Of a DNA stretch of 64,000 bases, positions 12,955 through 25,100 are shown in pieces. Source of the stretch: Mobula hypostoma (Eukaryota). The DNA lies in contig NC_086108.1 of NCBI RefSeq assembly GCF_963921235.1, positions 50,098,001 through 50,162,000 of the forward strand, in the 5' to 3' direction. The notes beneath the pieces are model-generated. The model worked only from the letters and a program-made list of their open reading frames with translations. It did not search any database and was not told the origin of the DNA. Each line of letters starts with the position of its first letter. Position 1 is the first letter of the stretch. The position numbers were made by a program, and so were the translations under genes.

Positions 12955-14559
12955 CAGGACCACAATCCCCTTTCCAAAATCCTTGGGGCCAGTTGCATTT
13001 TGAATTCAGAATTTTTCGGATTTCAGAATCCCTCTTTATTGGTTCCAGGACCACCCTCCCCCCCCCCCCGCCCCCGGCGGATACCAAAAAACATGTATGC
13101 TCAGGTCCTTTATTTAATTTGTCTCAGTGTGGGTGGACTTTAGGACCCAGCAGAGCTCCGGACCTACGCACATCCTCCCGTATACTTTAAATCATCTCTA
13201 GATTACTTATAATACCTAATACAATGTACATGCTGTGTAAATAGTTGTTATACTGTATTGTTCAGGGAATAATGACAAGAAAAAAACATTCAATAAAACA
13301 TAAAACTATACAGCTTCAAATGAATGGAATCATACGTGGTAAATGACTTAATGGAATAAATGTAGAACGTCACTGTCACTATAAAACTTCAGTAACTTGT
13401 CTTTCTGTTTCTTTAAATCATATACAGTGATAGTTCCGACACCATATTCTTCAGTAAGACACCGCACAGACACACCACAATCAAGCTTCTGCAATAACTC
13501 CCCTTTCTGCGTTATTGATAATGATAAATGCTTCCTTCTCTTTTTCTCATTGTTACCCATAGGGGTATCTGCAGCTTTTTTTGACATCTTCACAGTGAAA
13601 TTAAACACAAAGTCAACAGTGAACTCAAAATATCAGCGAACAGCAAATGCACGTATAACCAGTAGGAGCGCTGATCCACAACTGATGTCTGGCAGCCTCT
13701 GCTAGTGCTGCCACATCACACCTGAGTGATGTCAGCTGTTGGCGAAAAAAAAACTTTGGTTTTCAGAGCTTTTTAACATAGAACATAGAATAGTACAGCA
13801 CAGTACAGGCCTTTCGGCCCACAATGTTGTGCTGACCCTCAAACCCTGCCTCCCATATAACCCCCATCTTAAATTCCTCCATATACCTGTCTAGCAGTCT
13901 CTTAAACTTCACTAGTGTATCTGCCTCCACCACTGACTCAGGCAGTGCATTCCACGCACCAACCACTCTCGGAGTAAAAAACCTTCCTCTAATATCCCCC
14001 TTGAACTTCCCACCCCTTACCTTAAAGCCATGTCCTCTTGTATTGAGCAGTGGTGCCCTGGGGAAGAGGTGCTGGCTGTCCACTCTATCTATTCCTCTTA
14101 ATATCTTGTATACCTCTTATCATGTCTCCTCTCATCCTCCTCCTCTCCAAAGAGTGAAGCCCTAGCTCCCTTAATCTCTGATCATAATTCGTACTCTCTA
14201 AACCAGGCAGCATCCTGGTAAATCTCCTCTGTACCCTTTCCAATGCTTCCACACCCTTCCTATAGTGAGGTGACCAGAACTGGACACAGTACTCCAAGTG
14301 TGGCCTAACCAGAGTTTTATAGAGCTGCATCATTACATCGCGACTCTTAAACTCTATCCCTCGACTTATGAAAGCTAACACCCCATAAGCTTTCTTAACT
14401 ACCCTATCCACCTGTGAGGCAACTTTCAGGGATCTGTGGACATGTACCCCCAGATCCCTCTGCTCCTCCACACTACCAAGTATCCTGCCATTTACTTCGT
14501 AAAATTTGGATTTTTCAAATTTTGGATTTCAGAATTTCAGATAAGGGATTGTGGACCTG
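12955..14559 (-). mobile_element. pogo/Tigger-like DNA transposon, internally deleted, with nested CR1
   Basis: TA-flanked TIRs caggaccacaatccc / gggattgtggacctg. ORF 13348-13608 (-) is a psq/CENP-B-type HTH (KRRKHLSLSITQK.ELL.KL..G.S...L.EEYGVG..TVYDLKKQK). Confidence 0.85.
13775..14497 (-). mobile_element. CR1 LINE 3' fragment nested in the Tigger-like element
   Basis: ORFs 14085-14471 and 13763-14083 (-) have CR1 C-terminal motifs. Tail aacatagaacatagaa. Confidence 0.92.
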
Positions 14560-14658
14560 TATTTTCTTGTAATGGCAACAGCAAGCTGCTTTGAAAGGGT
14601 TTAATCGTTAGCAGGAGATATTTCTGTAAAGCTGAATTTGGAACTGGTTACAATGCCA

Positions 14659-15596
14659 CCTCCAATGGGATCCCACCACTAAGCACATCTTTCCCTCCTC
14701 CCCTCTCTCTGCATTCCGCAGGGATCGCTCCCTACACAACTCCCTTGTCCATTCGTTCCCCCCATCCCTCCCCACTGATCTCCCTCCTGGCACTTATCCG
14801 TGTAAGCGGAACAAGTGCTACACATGCCCTTACACTTCCTCCCTTACCACCATTCAGGGCCCCAAACAGTCCTTCCAGGTGAGGCATCACTTCACCTGTG
14901 AGTCGACTGGGGTGATATACTGCGTCCGGCGCTCCCGATGTGGCCTTTTATATATTGGTGAGACCCGACGCAGACTGGGAGACCGCTTTGCTGAACATCT
15001 ACGCTCTGTCCGCCAGAGAAAGCAGGATCTCCCAGTGGCCACACATTTTAATTCCACATCCCATTCCCATTCTGACATGTCTGTCCACGGCCTCCTCTAC
15101 TGTGGAGATGAAGCCACACTCAGGTTGGAGGAACAACACCTTATATTCCGTCTGGGTAGCCTCCAACCTGATGGCATGAACATCGACTTCTCTAACTTCC
15201 GCTAAGGCCCCACCTCCCCCTCGTACCCCATCTGTTACTCATTTTTATGCACACATTCTTTCTCTCACTCTCCTTTTTCTCCCTCTGTCCCTCTGAATAT
15301 ACCTCTTGCCCATCCTCTGGGTCACCCCCCCCCCCTTGTCTTTCTTCCCGGACCTCCTGTCCCATGATCCTCTCGTATCCCCTTTTGCCTATCACCTGTC
15401 CAGCTCTTGGCTCTATCCCTCCCCCTCCTGTCTTCTCCTATCATTTTGGATCTCCCCCTCCCCCTCCAACTTTCAAATCCCTTACTCACTCTTCCTTCAG
15501 TTAGTCCTGACGAAGGGTCTCGGCCTGAAACGTCGACTGCGCCTCTTTCTATAGATGCTGCTTGGCCTGCTGCGTTCACCAGCAACTTTGATGTAT
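14659..15596 (+). mobile_element. PLE 3' fragment with intact GIY-YIG C-terminus and pseudo-LTR
   Basis: ORF 14879-15205 is GIY-YIG. Flanked by gttacaatgcca (14647-14658) and gttacaatacca (15597-15608), a 12-bp TSD with one mismatch. Confidence 0.9.
15502..15539 (+). ncRNA. Minimal type I hammerhead ribozyme motif (intact core)
   Basis: tagtc CTGACGA a gggt ctcg gcct GAAAC GTC gactg. Predicted cleavage 3' of GUC at 15534. Confidence 0.78.
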
Positions 15597-15655
15597 GTTA
15601 CAATACCAATAGACTGGCATGTCTGGTAAAATCAGTGTCTTTGTTTTAATTGCAG

Positions 15656-16011
15656 GGTTTCCTCCACCTCCCTATCTGGTGTCGCCACCAGTTACTTTCC
15701 AAATGACTCCTGGCTATACATTTCCACCTGGAGTCTCCATACCAGGACCTTTCATCCAAGCCACTGGCCACCCACAGTCAGGAAACCAGGTACCAGGCGG
15801 GAAGCAATCCCATGTCCCCTATAGCCAGCAGCGCCCTTCAGGACAAGGGCCAATAAACCAAGGACCCCAGCAACAGCAGCAGCAATCTCAGCAACATCAG
15901 CAGGTCACTCCATCCCAGTCACAGCTTCAGGTTCAGGTTGTGAACCAACAGTCACCCACCAAGGCAGTGCAGCCATTGGGAAAGAATCAACACCATCTCG
16001 GACCTCAGCAG
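15656..16011 (+). CDS. SMG7: SMG7 exon, Pro/Gln-rich: GFPPPPYLVSPPVTF...GKQSHVPYSQQRPSG...GPQQ
   Basis: Acceptor ttgcag|GG, donor CAG|gtaagg. 356 nt, phase 1-0, in frame with the previous exon. SMG7 motifs GKQSHxPYSQQRPSG and QSPTKAV are present. Confidence 0.95.
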
Positions 16012-16348
16012 GTAAGGCAAGTGTGGTAGATCCAAGTATTAATGAAAAGCACTGCAAGTAGATACAAAAATATAGGTTTGTAAATAATCCAATTTTTTAA
16101 ATTAGTTAATTGTCTTTTATCTTGTGAGCAGAGAATGGTCAGTCTCTGAGGTAATGCCAGCATAAAGCTATTGTATGATAGTGTTGGAAATTATCTGCAG
16201 TAGTATGTGTTTCTTCTATTTCTTAATCTGTTGTCCTACTATATATTTTTAAAAGGCATTATCCATTGACTAGATTTGGTTACACCGATTCAAGGTTTTG
16301 AATATTAATGCTTCTTTGGGAATGTTTGAAATCTATGCATTTGAAATA

Positions 16349-17939
16349 CAAACCCCATATCCAGAAAAGTTGGGATATTTTCCAAAATGCAATAAAAACA
16401 AAAATCTGTGATATGTTAATTCACGTGAACCTTTATTTAACTGACAACAGTACAAAGAAAAGATTTTCAATAGTTTTACTGACCAACTTAATTGTATTTT
16501 GTAAACATACTCAAATTTAGAATTTGACGGCTGCAACACACAACAAAGTTGAGGCAGAGGCATGTTTACCATTGTGTTACATCACTTTTCCTTTTAATAA
16601 CACTTTTTAATTGTTTTGGAACTGAGGATACTAATTGTAGTAGATTTGTAATTGGAAATTTTGTCCATTCTTGCTTGATATAAGACTTCAGCTGCTCAAC
16701 AGTCTGTGGTCTCTGTTGTCTGATTCTCCTCTTCATGATGCGCCATGCATTTTCAATAGGAGATAGATTTGGACTGGCAGCAGGCCAGTCAAGCACATGC
16801 ACTCTGTGTCTACAAAGCCACGCTGTTGTAGTCTGTGCAGAATGTGGTCTGGCATTGTCCTGCTGAAATAAGCATGGACGACCCGGGAAGAGTCGTTTCC
16901 TTGATGGCAACATATGTCTCCCTAAAATCCTAATATACGCCTCAGAATCAATGGTACCTTCACATACATGCAACTCACCCATGTCGTGGGCACTGATGTA
17001 CCCCCATATCATCAGAGATGCTGGCTTTTGCACCTTTCGCTGATAACAATCTGGATGGTCGTTTTCATCTTTGGCACAGAGAACTCGACGCCCGTTTTTT
17101 CTGAAAACTAACTGAAATGTGGACTCATCTGACCACAGCACACGATTGCACAGTCTTTCGGTCCATCTGAGATGAGCTCGGGCCCAGAGAACTTGCCGGC
17201 ATTTCTGCATAGAGTTGATGTATGGTTTCCTCCTTGCGTAATACAGTTTCAAGTTGCATTTCTAGATGCAGCGACGGACTGTGTTGAGTGACAATGGTTT
17301 TCCGAAGTACTCCCGAGCCCAGGTGGCTATAATTGTCACAGTAGCATGACGGTTTCTTAGGCAGTGCCGCCTGAGGGTTCGAAGATCAAGTGCATTCAAC
17401 AGTGGTTTCCAACCTTGCCCTTTACGCACTGAGATGTCTCTGAATTCTCTGAATCTTTTCACAATATTATGTACTGTAAATGTTGAAAGACCTAAATTCT
17501 CTGCAATCTTGCGTTGAGAAATGTTTGTTTTGAACGGACTAACAATTCTCTCACGAATTTTGGCACAAAGGGGTGAGCCATGACCCATCCTTGCTTGCGA
17601 AGACTGAGCCTTTGATGGACGCTACTTTTATACCCAGTCATGATACCTCACCTGCTACCAATTAGCCTGCTTAATGTGGAGTCTTCCAAACCAGTGTTAC
17701 TTGAATATTCTGTGCACTTTTCAATCTTATTTTAACTCTCCCAACTTTTGTTGAGTGTGTTGCAGCCATCAAATTCTAAATTTGTGTATATTTACAAAAT
17801 ACAATTACGTTGCTCAGTAAAACTATTGAAAATCTTTTCTTTGTACTTTTGTCAGTTAAATAAAGGTTCATGTGAATTATCATATCACAGATTTTTTGCA
17901 TTTTGGAAAATATCCCAACTTTTCTGGAAATGGGGTTTG
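16349..17939 (-). mobile_element. Full-length Tc1 (DD34E) transposon with frameshifted transposase
   Basis: TA on both sides and about 210-bp TIRs (caaacccca.ttccagaaaagttgggata). ORFs 17262-17588 (paired-like HTH) and 16566-17252 (WSDES, FQQDNARPH, SPNLSPIE; 34 aa between D and E). Confidence 0.95.
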
Positions 17940-18217
17940 TATATAAATAATGAAATAAACAACTTTTGTACTATTTGCTTTTAAGTTCAATAATTGTTTA
18001 TAAGATCTGCCTTTATATCCAAGTATTAAAAATAAATGTTTGTTTCACTATTCATGTGCACTTTTATTTAACCATACTCCTATTTACAATTGTTTTGTGG
18101 TATAATATGGGCATTGAAATTAGTTGTGGCCTCATTCTGCAAAAGGTGGCCTGAGCCTAATAGTTTTTGTCTTCTGATGTTGGGATTTGGGAGGTTATTT
18201 TTTTGGACTTGAAAAAC

Positions 18218-20502
18218 AGCATACAGACCACTCATCAGACGCCCCGGACCAGTTCTGAAGCAGGTGAAAACCTGGCCAGCAGGAGCCATTTCTGCTCTTC
18301 AAGACTGCTTTGAGCACACTGACTGGCTTATTTTCAGGGAGGCTGCAACTGATGGTGACTCCATCAACTTAGAGGAGTACACGGCATCAGTGACTAGTTA
18401 CATCAGCAAGTGCATCGATGACGTCACTGTGTCCAAGACCATCACTACATGTGCTAACCAGAAGCCATGGATGACAGCGGAGGTGCGTGCGCTGCTGAGG
18501 ACCCGTGACTCTGCATTCAGAGCAGGTGACAAGGCAGCCCTAACAACAGCGCTGGGCCAAACTGTCCTGGGCCATCAGAGAGGCAAAGCGTGCACACACC
18601 CAGTGAATCCACAGCCACTTCCAGGACAGTAGCAACATGGCGCATGTGGAAGGGCATTCAGGACATCACCAACTACAGGACAATATCACCTGCCTGTGCT
18701 GGTGATGCCTCCCTCCCAAATGCGTTGAACAACTTCTATGCTTGTTTTGAGGCGGAAAATGACATGGTGAGGAAGACCACTCCTCCTCCCAATGACCAGG
18801 TGCTGTGTCTTACCGTTGCCCATGTTGACCCTACGCAGGGTCAGCCCACGGCAGGCTGCTGGACCAGACAATATTCCTGGCAGAGTGCTCAAGAGGATGT
18901 GCAGACCAGCTGGCAGATGTTCTCACTGACATCTTCAACATCTCCCTGAGCAGTGCCGTCGTTCCAATGTGCTTCAAGGCCGCCACTGTCGTCCCCGTGC
19001 TGAAGAAGCCTTCAGTGTCCTGCCTCAACAACTACCATCCCGTTGCACTCACATCCATCATCATGAAATGTTTCAAGAGGCTCGTCATGAGGCACATCAA
19101 GACCCTGCTGCTCCCCTCACTGGACCCCCTGCAGTTCGCGTATCCTCCCAACCGTTCAACAGACAACGCCATTGCCATCACCCTCCACCTGGCCCTCACC
19201 CACCTGGACAAAAAAGACACATACGTTCAAATACTGTTCATAGGCTTCAGTTCAGCATTCAGTACAATCATTCCTCAGCACCTGATTGGAAAGCTGAAAC
19301 TGCTGGGCCTGAACACCTCCCTCTGCAACTGGATTCTAGACTTCCTGACTGGGAGACCTCAGTCAGTCTGGATTGGAAGCAGCATCTCCAACACCATCAC
19401 ACTGAGCATGGGGGCTCCCCAGGGCTGTGTGCTCAGTCCACTGCTGTTCACTCTGCTGACCCATGACTGTGCAGCAATACACAGCTCAAATCATATCATC
19501 TAGTTTGCCGATGACACGACCGTGGTGGGTCTCATCAGCAAGAATGATGAGTCAGCATAAAGAGAGGAGGTGCAGCGACTAACGGACTGGTGCAGAGCCG
19601 ACAACTTGTCTCTGAATGTGAACAAAACTAAAGAGATGGTTGTTGACTTTAGGAGAGCACGGAGCGACCACTCTCCGCTGAACATTGACGGCTCCTCCAT
19701 TGAGATCGTTAAGAGCACCAAATTTCTTGGTGTTCACCTGGCGGAGAATCTCATCTGGTCCCTCAACACCAGCTCCGTAGCCAAGAGAGCCCAGCAGCGT
19801 CTCTACTTTCTGCGAAGGCTGAGAATAGTCCATCTCCCAACCCCCATTCTCACCACATTTTACAGAGGATGTATCGAGAGCATCCTGAGCAGCTGCATTA
19901 CTGCCCGGTTCGTGAATTGCACCATCTCAGATCGCAAGGCCCTGCAGCGGATAGTGAGGTCAGCTGAGAAGATCATCGAGGTCTCTCTTCCCGCTATTAC
20001 AGACATTTACACCACACGCTGCACCCGCAAAGCTAACAGTGTTATGAAGGAGCCCATGCACCCCTCACACAAACTCTTCTCCCTCCTGCCATCTGGCAAA
20101 AGGTACCGAAGCATTCAGGCTCTCACGACCAGAATGTGCAACAGTTTCTAACCCTGAGCCATCAGATTCCTCAATACTCAGAGTCTGGACTGACATGTAC
20201 ATCATTTATTATTATATTGTAATTTGTCCTCTACTGTGCCTGTTGTCTTGTTTATTAATTATTGTACTGCCCTGCACTGTTTTGCGCACTTTATGTAGAC
20301 CTGTGCAGGTCTGTAGTCTAGTGCAGTTTTTATGTTGTTTTCGCGTAGTCTGGTGTAGCCTTGTGCTGTCTCACATAGTCTAGTGTAGTTTTGTGTTGTT
20401 TCATGTAGCACCAGGGTCCTGGAGAAACGTTGTTTCGTTTTTACTGTGTACTGTGCCAGCAGTTTATGGTCGAAATGACAATAAAAGCGACTTGACTTGA
20501 AC
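18218..20502 (+). mobile_element. Rex1/Babar-like non-LTR retrotransposon, 5'-truncated, with stops
   Basis: Motifs [56 protein letters not shown] and AQQRLYFLRRL. Tail aataaaagcgacttgacttga. Confidence 0.85.
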
Positions 20503-20719
20503 TGAGAAAATAGCATACTTCTTGTACCTTATTTATATTAAATATATTTAAGACATTGTGTCTCAGCATTATAAGGTGCATAAATGGATTTTTGTTGTGA
20601 TCTTTTATCAGACAGTACTTGTAGAATGCTTGTCTAATAAAAGGATTGAAGGCCTTGTTGTGATAGGTGAACAATTTTTGCTTCCTTGCAATTAAACTCC
20701 TTTATTTTCTCTCAATGAG

Positions 20720-20975
20720 TATCTGCAGGCTGATCAGACCAACCAGCTTTGGAATCAGCATCATCCAGTCTCCTCTCAGCATCAGAAAAATTCCATACAG
20801 ATGTCTCTGAAGCAACAGCCCTATTACATGCATCAGGACCCTCTGAAGCTATTTGAAAAGTCTCTTCAACAATCACAAGTCCAGATGGAAAAGAATCTGA
20901 AGGGTTTTGCTATGGAGCCTTTTACCCAGAATCCTTCAGATGTGCAAAAATTGCAGGACTTTGCATGGGACTATG
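20720..20975 (+). CDS. SMG7: SMG7 exon: YLQADQTNQLWNQ...QDPLKLFE...AMEPF...WDY
   Basis: Acceptor atgag|TAT, or in-frame ctgcag|GCT at 20729; donor G|gtaagt. Resembles mammalian YQQAD..QLWN, QDPIKLFE, MEPY and WD. The 5' boundary is uncertain by 9 nt. Confidence 0.88.
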
Positions 20976-21449
20976 GTAAGTTAAATGTGCATGGGTATCC
21001 TTGTGCAATGAACCTCAAGAGCAATTCTGATTAATATATTGAAGTCTATAGCGTATCATAATTAATGTGTAAACTGGTTGTTAAGGAAGCCAGTTTCTAC
21101 CTGGTTGTTAATTCATAACCACAATCCATCAAGGCCTTTATCCATGATCCCACGTTTCACATCGTATGTTTCAGCTTGCTGTCAACCAGGACCTTACTCT
21201 GGTAGCTACAGATTAAGCCACCATTCCTGACCCTATCTTCAACCGTGCTCCAGCTATTGATATTTTACTATTTAGCACAATCCATCTGACAGCAAACTGG
21301 CGGAGTACCAAAGGAAAACGATCCCAAGCTGTGCCCTATATTTACCAACCTTTATAGTAGTACGTGGTTGACTTAATATATGAATGTGCATATAATAAAT
21401 CAGTAGATAATGAGAGCTTAGTTTATCTCTCTTTAATCAGGTTTGAATA

Positions 21450-21720
21450 AAGATTATTTTATTTGTCACATATACTTTGAAGCATACGAAGAAATGCATC
21501 GTTTAGTGTCAATGACCAACACAGCCCGGTGATTGCTGGGACAGCCCGCAACTGTTGCCATGCTTCCAATGCCAACAAGGCACACCACAACTCACATAGC
21601 TTAACTGTACATCTTTGGAACATGATAAAAAAAAACCAGAGCATCCGGAGGAAACCCACACAGTCGTGAAAGAATGAAGAGTGGAAATAGAACCCTGATT
21701 GGTGTTTGCTGTCTCTGCAG
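21450..21720 (-). mobile_element. V-SINE-like element (decayed)
   Basis: Similar to 5230-5520 (tttatttgtcacat, gtacatctttggaa, gagcatccggaggaaacccacacagtc). Confidence 0.55.
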
Positions 21721-22285
21721 CAGAGCTGAAGTTTGATTACATTTTAAATACTTTTTCTGTTTATTTCTTGATCACTAATATGTCCCAATTGGCTTCCTTA
21801 AATTTCTGTTTTATCCTGCTAGCTGTAACTTTATTAGGATACTGTCTTGTATAGGGCTCATTACAATAGTTGAACTAAAGAATAACACTTGAGCATATTG
21901 TCTACTTATCCTACTGAATTTAAAAAAACAGTGCTACACTGACTTTAGTACAAATATGTTTCATTTTCCCTGTAGCTTTCCTAATTTTATATGTTGAACA
22001 GCTTAAGTCCCTAATACTTAAAATGAGCCCTCTAAAATTTTCAAAGGGAATTGTTGTTGATCCAGTGATTTTCTATTAACCATTAATAAACAATATGAAC
22101 TTTGAAAGGAAGAACTCAAGTAGATGTTCCTCATCTTGATTATTGTATAGTAAATTACTGAAGTTATCAAGAAGGGCATGAGAAGTTGATATTGTTGAAA
22201 GGAAAATTTGAGATGGCGAGTAAATAATCTGTGAAATAGCGCAGCCCATGTGATTTCATGTCATTAAAAATGTTTCTTCTGTCAG

Positions 22286-22395
22286 ACATGCGACATATGA
22301 TGGGACATCAGCTGAATAATGATCATATGGTGAAACGGCATCCAGGGGTTTTCCGAACAGACCAAGATAATATGACTAGAATACAGTCATATGAG
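22286..22395 (+). CDS. SMG7: SMG7 exon: DMRHMMGHQLNNDHMVKRHPGVFRTDQDNMTRIQSYE
   Basis: Acceptor tgtcag|AC, donor GAG|gtaagc. 110 nt, phase 1-0, keeps the frame. KRxPGVFR motif present. Not in the ORF track. Confidence 0.9.
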
Positions 22396-22527
22396 GTAAG
22401 CTGTAAATAATTTTAAATAGCATTTGGTGCCATATGCACAATAAAGTCTGTGTATATATAAAGTTGTATTTCAATCTTGGGTTTGTTTCTTTGTATTTTT
22501 GTCAGAAGAAAAATGTTAATTTTAATA

Positions 22528-23189
22528 CAGGTTGAGTACCCCTTATCTGAAATGCATGGGGTGGGAAGTGTTTTGGATTTCAGATTTTGGAATATATAAT
22601 GAGATAGTTTGGGATTGCCGTCATTTCATACCTTGAATTTATCTGCTACCAGTAAGCATTCTTTGTCTTGCTCTTCTTCATCATACACGTGTGCTGATGT
22701 AGCTGGTTAGTTTGTTAGATTTTCATCAGTGACGATCTTGGCAAAGTCAACAATGAATTCCTCTGTTACTTCGTGATCAGACACTTTATCACCTCAACCT
22801 TTAAAAATTTAATGTCGTGCCTTTTCTCAAATTTCTGCAATGAGCCTGCTGAATATTCACAATTACCTTCAATTTTTAGTTCATCATGATAGATATTTGT
22901 TTGTTTCATGATCACCATGTCATTAAGTGGCAGATGTTCACTCCAGTGACGAATCCACTTTTTCATTACACAATTGAGATCTTCATTTTTTGCTTTACTC
23001 AGTGGTTTTCTATTTTTCATTAACTTCTGTTCATTACATATGTGTAGTTACTTCTCAGAATTGTTTGTGGTGCGCAGAGATCTGCGCATTGCCTGGGATC
23101 CTGCCCAGCTTCTTGTGGAATTCTCCATTTGTGATGGCGCGTTATCACTTAAAAAAAATTTGGATTTCGAATAAGGGGTACTCAACCTG
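22528..23189 (-). mobile_element. pogo/Tigger-like (MER46/Tigger4-type TIRs) deleted transposon
   Basis: TA-flanked TIRs caggttgagtaccccttat / ataaggggtactcaacctg. ORF 22766-23020 (-) is a CENP-B-type HTH remnant. Confidence 0.85.
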
Positions 23190-23449
23190 TATTTAGTTTG
23201 AGATTCTAAATCCATCTTCTTTAACATCTTTTTGTGAATAACCTGTGCAATGTAGGAAAGCTTTGTGCATGAAAGTAAAGTAATAGAAGATGTGAGCAGA
23301 AAATGCAAATTGAATTAATTTAAAGAGACAAATTAATAAATGCAATGTGTAATTGATTTTCTATTTTAGTATATTTTGCTTTGGGTCATCTTATTAACAT
23401 GTGGCTTTTGGAAAAGGACATTTTGTTGAAATTGACATCAGTAGTAACT

Positions 23450-25100
23450 AAGGGAAAGCACTTCATTTGCTGGAGTCATGCCATGTGCAGTGAAAATTAG
23501 TTGTGGTTGGAGATCAGTCACCTGAAATTTGGAACATCACTGCAGGAAACCCAGCCTTCTACTCTTTTATTAATGACATACCCTCCGTGAAAGTATCAGA
23601 AGTGGAATGCTTAACAATGATAATGTGATGCTCAGTTTCAGTCATCATTTGCAGTTCTTTATTTAATTAAGCAATCTGTATGTGAATGCAACAAGGATCA
23701 TGTAGGCAATGGCTAGCAAGCTAGGTCTCATTTGTGTTATAGAAGAGCCATGCAATTAGAGAGACAATAATGAGAAATGAGGGAGTCTGACAATCTACCA
23801 TTGACATTGCCATGCAGGATTTTATCACCATCAGCATCTTGGGTTCATGTTAACTGGAGCAGCCATCTCTAGAGGGCAGAGAATACAGCCAAGGTATTAC
23901 ACTAAAGTTGTAGTTCTAAAGATCAGCATTTTAAACTAGATGAGCAATTCGCCAAACTGTTCCAGTATAGTTACAACACTGACATCCATGTGATAATGTA
24001 GAAAATTCCTCAGCCATGTCTTGTTCACAAAAAGCAGTTCAGATATAATCCATCTTAATTAATGCCCAATCAGTCATCAGTAAAGTGATGCAGTGTCATC
24101 AGCAATGCTGACAAGCAGCATTTAGTTATAATCACCTGCACATTGATATTCTGTTTGCGATTAGGCAGAGCCACTTGCCTGCAGAACTTCTCACAGCTGT
24201 TGAGAAAACCTGGATGTTAGATCAAAAATCTGCAGGTGACTTCCCTTGACATCAACGCTGCAAAGCAACCTGGTAAAACTGAAGTCATAATCATCAGGGA
24301 AAACAGTGCTGTGGTGCAAATCATAGCATGTTTACGAGATGGTTATAATGGTGGATTTGAAGGCTCCAGGGCTGTCTTAGCACCAACCATTTTCTGGTTC
24401 TTCATCGACCTTCCATTATAGTCATTAGTGGGAATATTTGTTGATGGCAGCACATCTTTAGTTCCATTTGAAGCTTCTTGATAAATGGAACAACCAATAC
24501 CTGCATGCAGCAAGACCTCAATAAAATAGTCTAAATGACAATTAATATTAGTGCCATTAAGGTGGCAGGCAATAAATTTCTCCAACAAAAAGAGTTCCTC
24601 CACTTACCTTCGACATTCACTGGCATTACATTGTTGAATTCCTTGCATTAACTTTCTGGAGGTCAGTTTTAACCAGGAATTTAACTGGATCAGCCACATA
24701 ATTACATGAGCAGGTCAGAGACTGGGTATTCTGTAGCAAACGAACTACTACCCTAATGCTCCATAGTCTTTCACTGTGCACGGGCACAAGTTGGGAGTGT
24801 GATGGAATGCTCTCCAATTGTCTGGATGAATGCAGCTCCAGTAATTCTCAAGAAGCTTGGAGCTTCAAAACACCCCATTAACTGCACTAGATGTTCATTC
24901 CTTCAACCTTTACTGAACAGTTGTTTTAGTTTGTAACATGTACTCAATGCACAGCTCTACATTAATCCAACATCATCTTCCATGCAAATGGCCTCTGATA
25001 GTAAGGAAGACAAAAGTAGCAAGTGTATGGGAGCACTCCCACCTGCAGGTTCCTACCACATCCATGGTATGGTACTTTTCTACTGTAAATTACCCTTTGT
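23450..25100 (+). mobile_element. Very old LINE (CR1/L2 group) remnants
   Basis: Degenerate RT C-terminal segments (ttcatcgaccttccatt..., caggtcagagactgggtattctg, gagtgtgatggaatgctctcca). Boundaries are approximate. Confidence 0.4.

Noticed and set aside
15868..15903. CAG/CAA glutamine tract as an unstable repeat
   Set aside because: It is short and interrupted, which is ordinary for the low-complexity SMG7 linker.
20270..20410. Repeated tgtagtctagtg-like units that could suggest an array
   Set aside because: They are degenerate short tandem repeats in the Rex1-like 3' UTR. There is no CRISPR-like repeat-spacer structure, and the DNA is eukaryotic.
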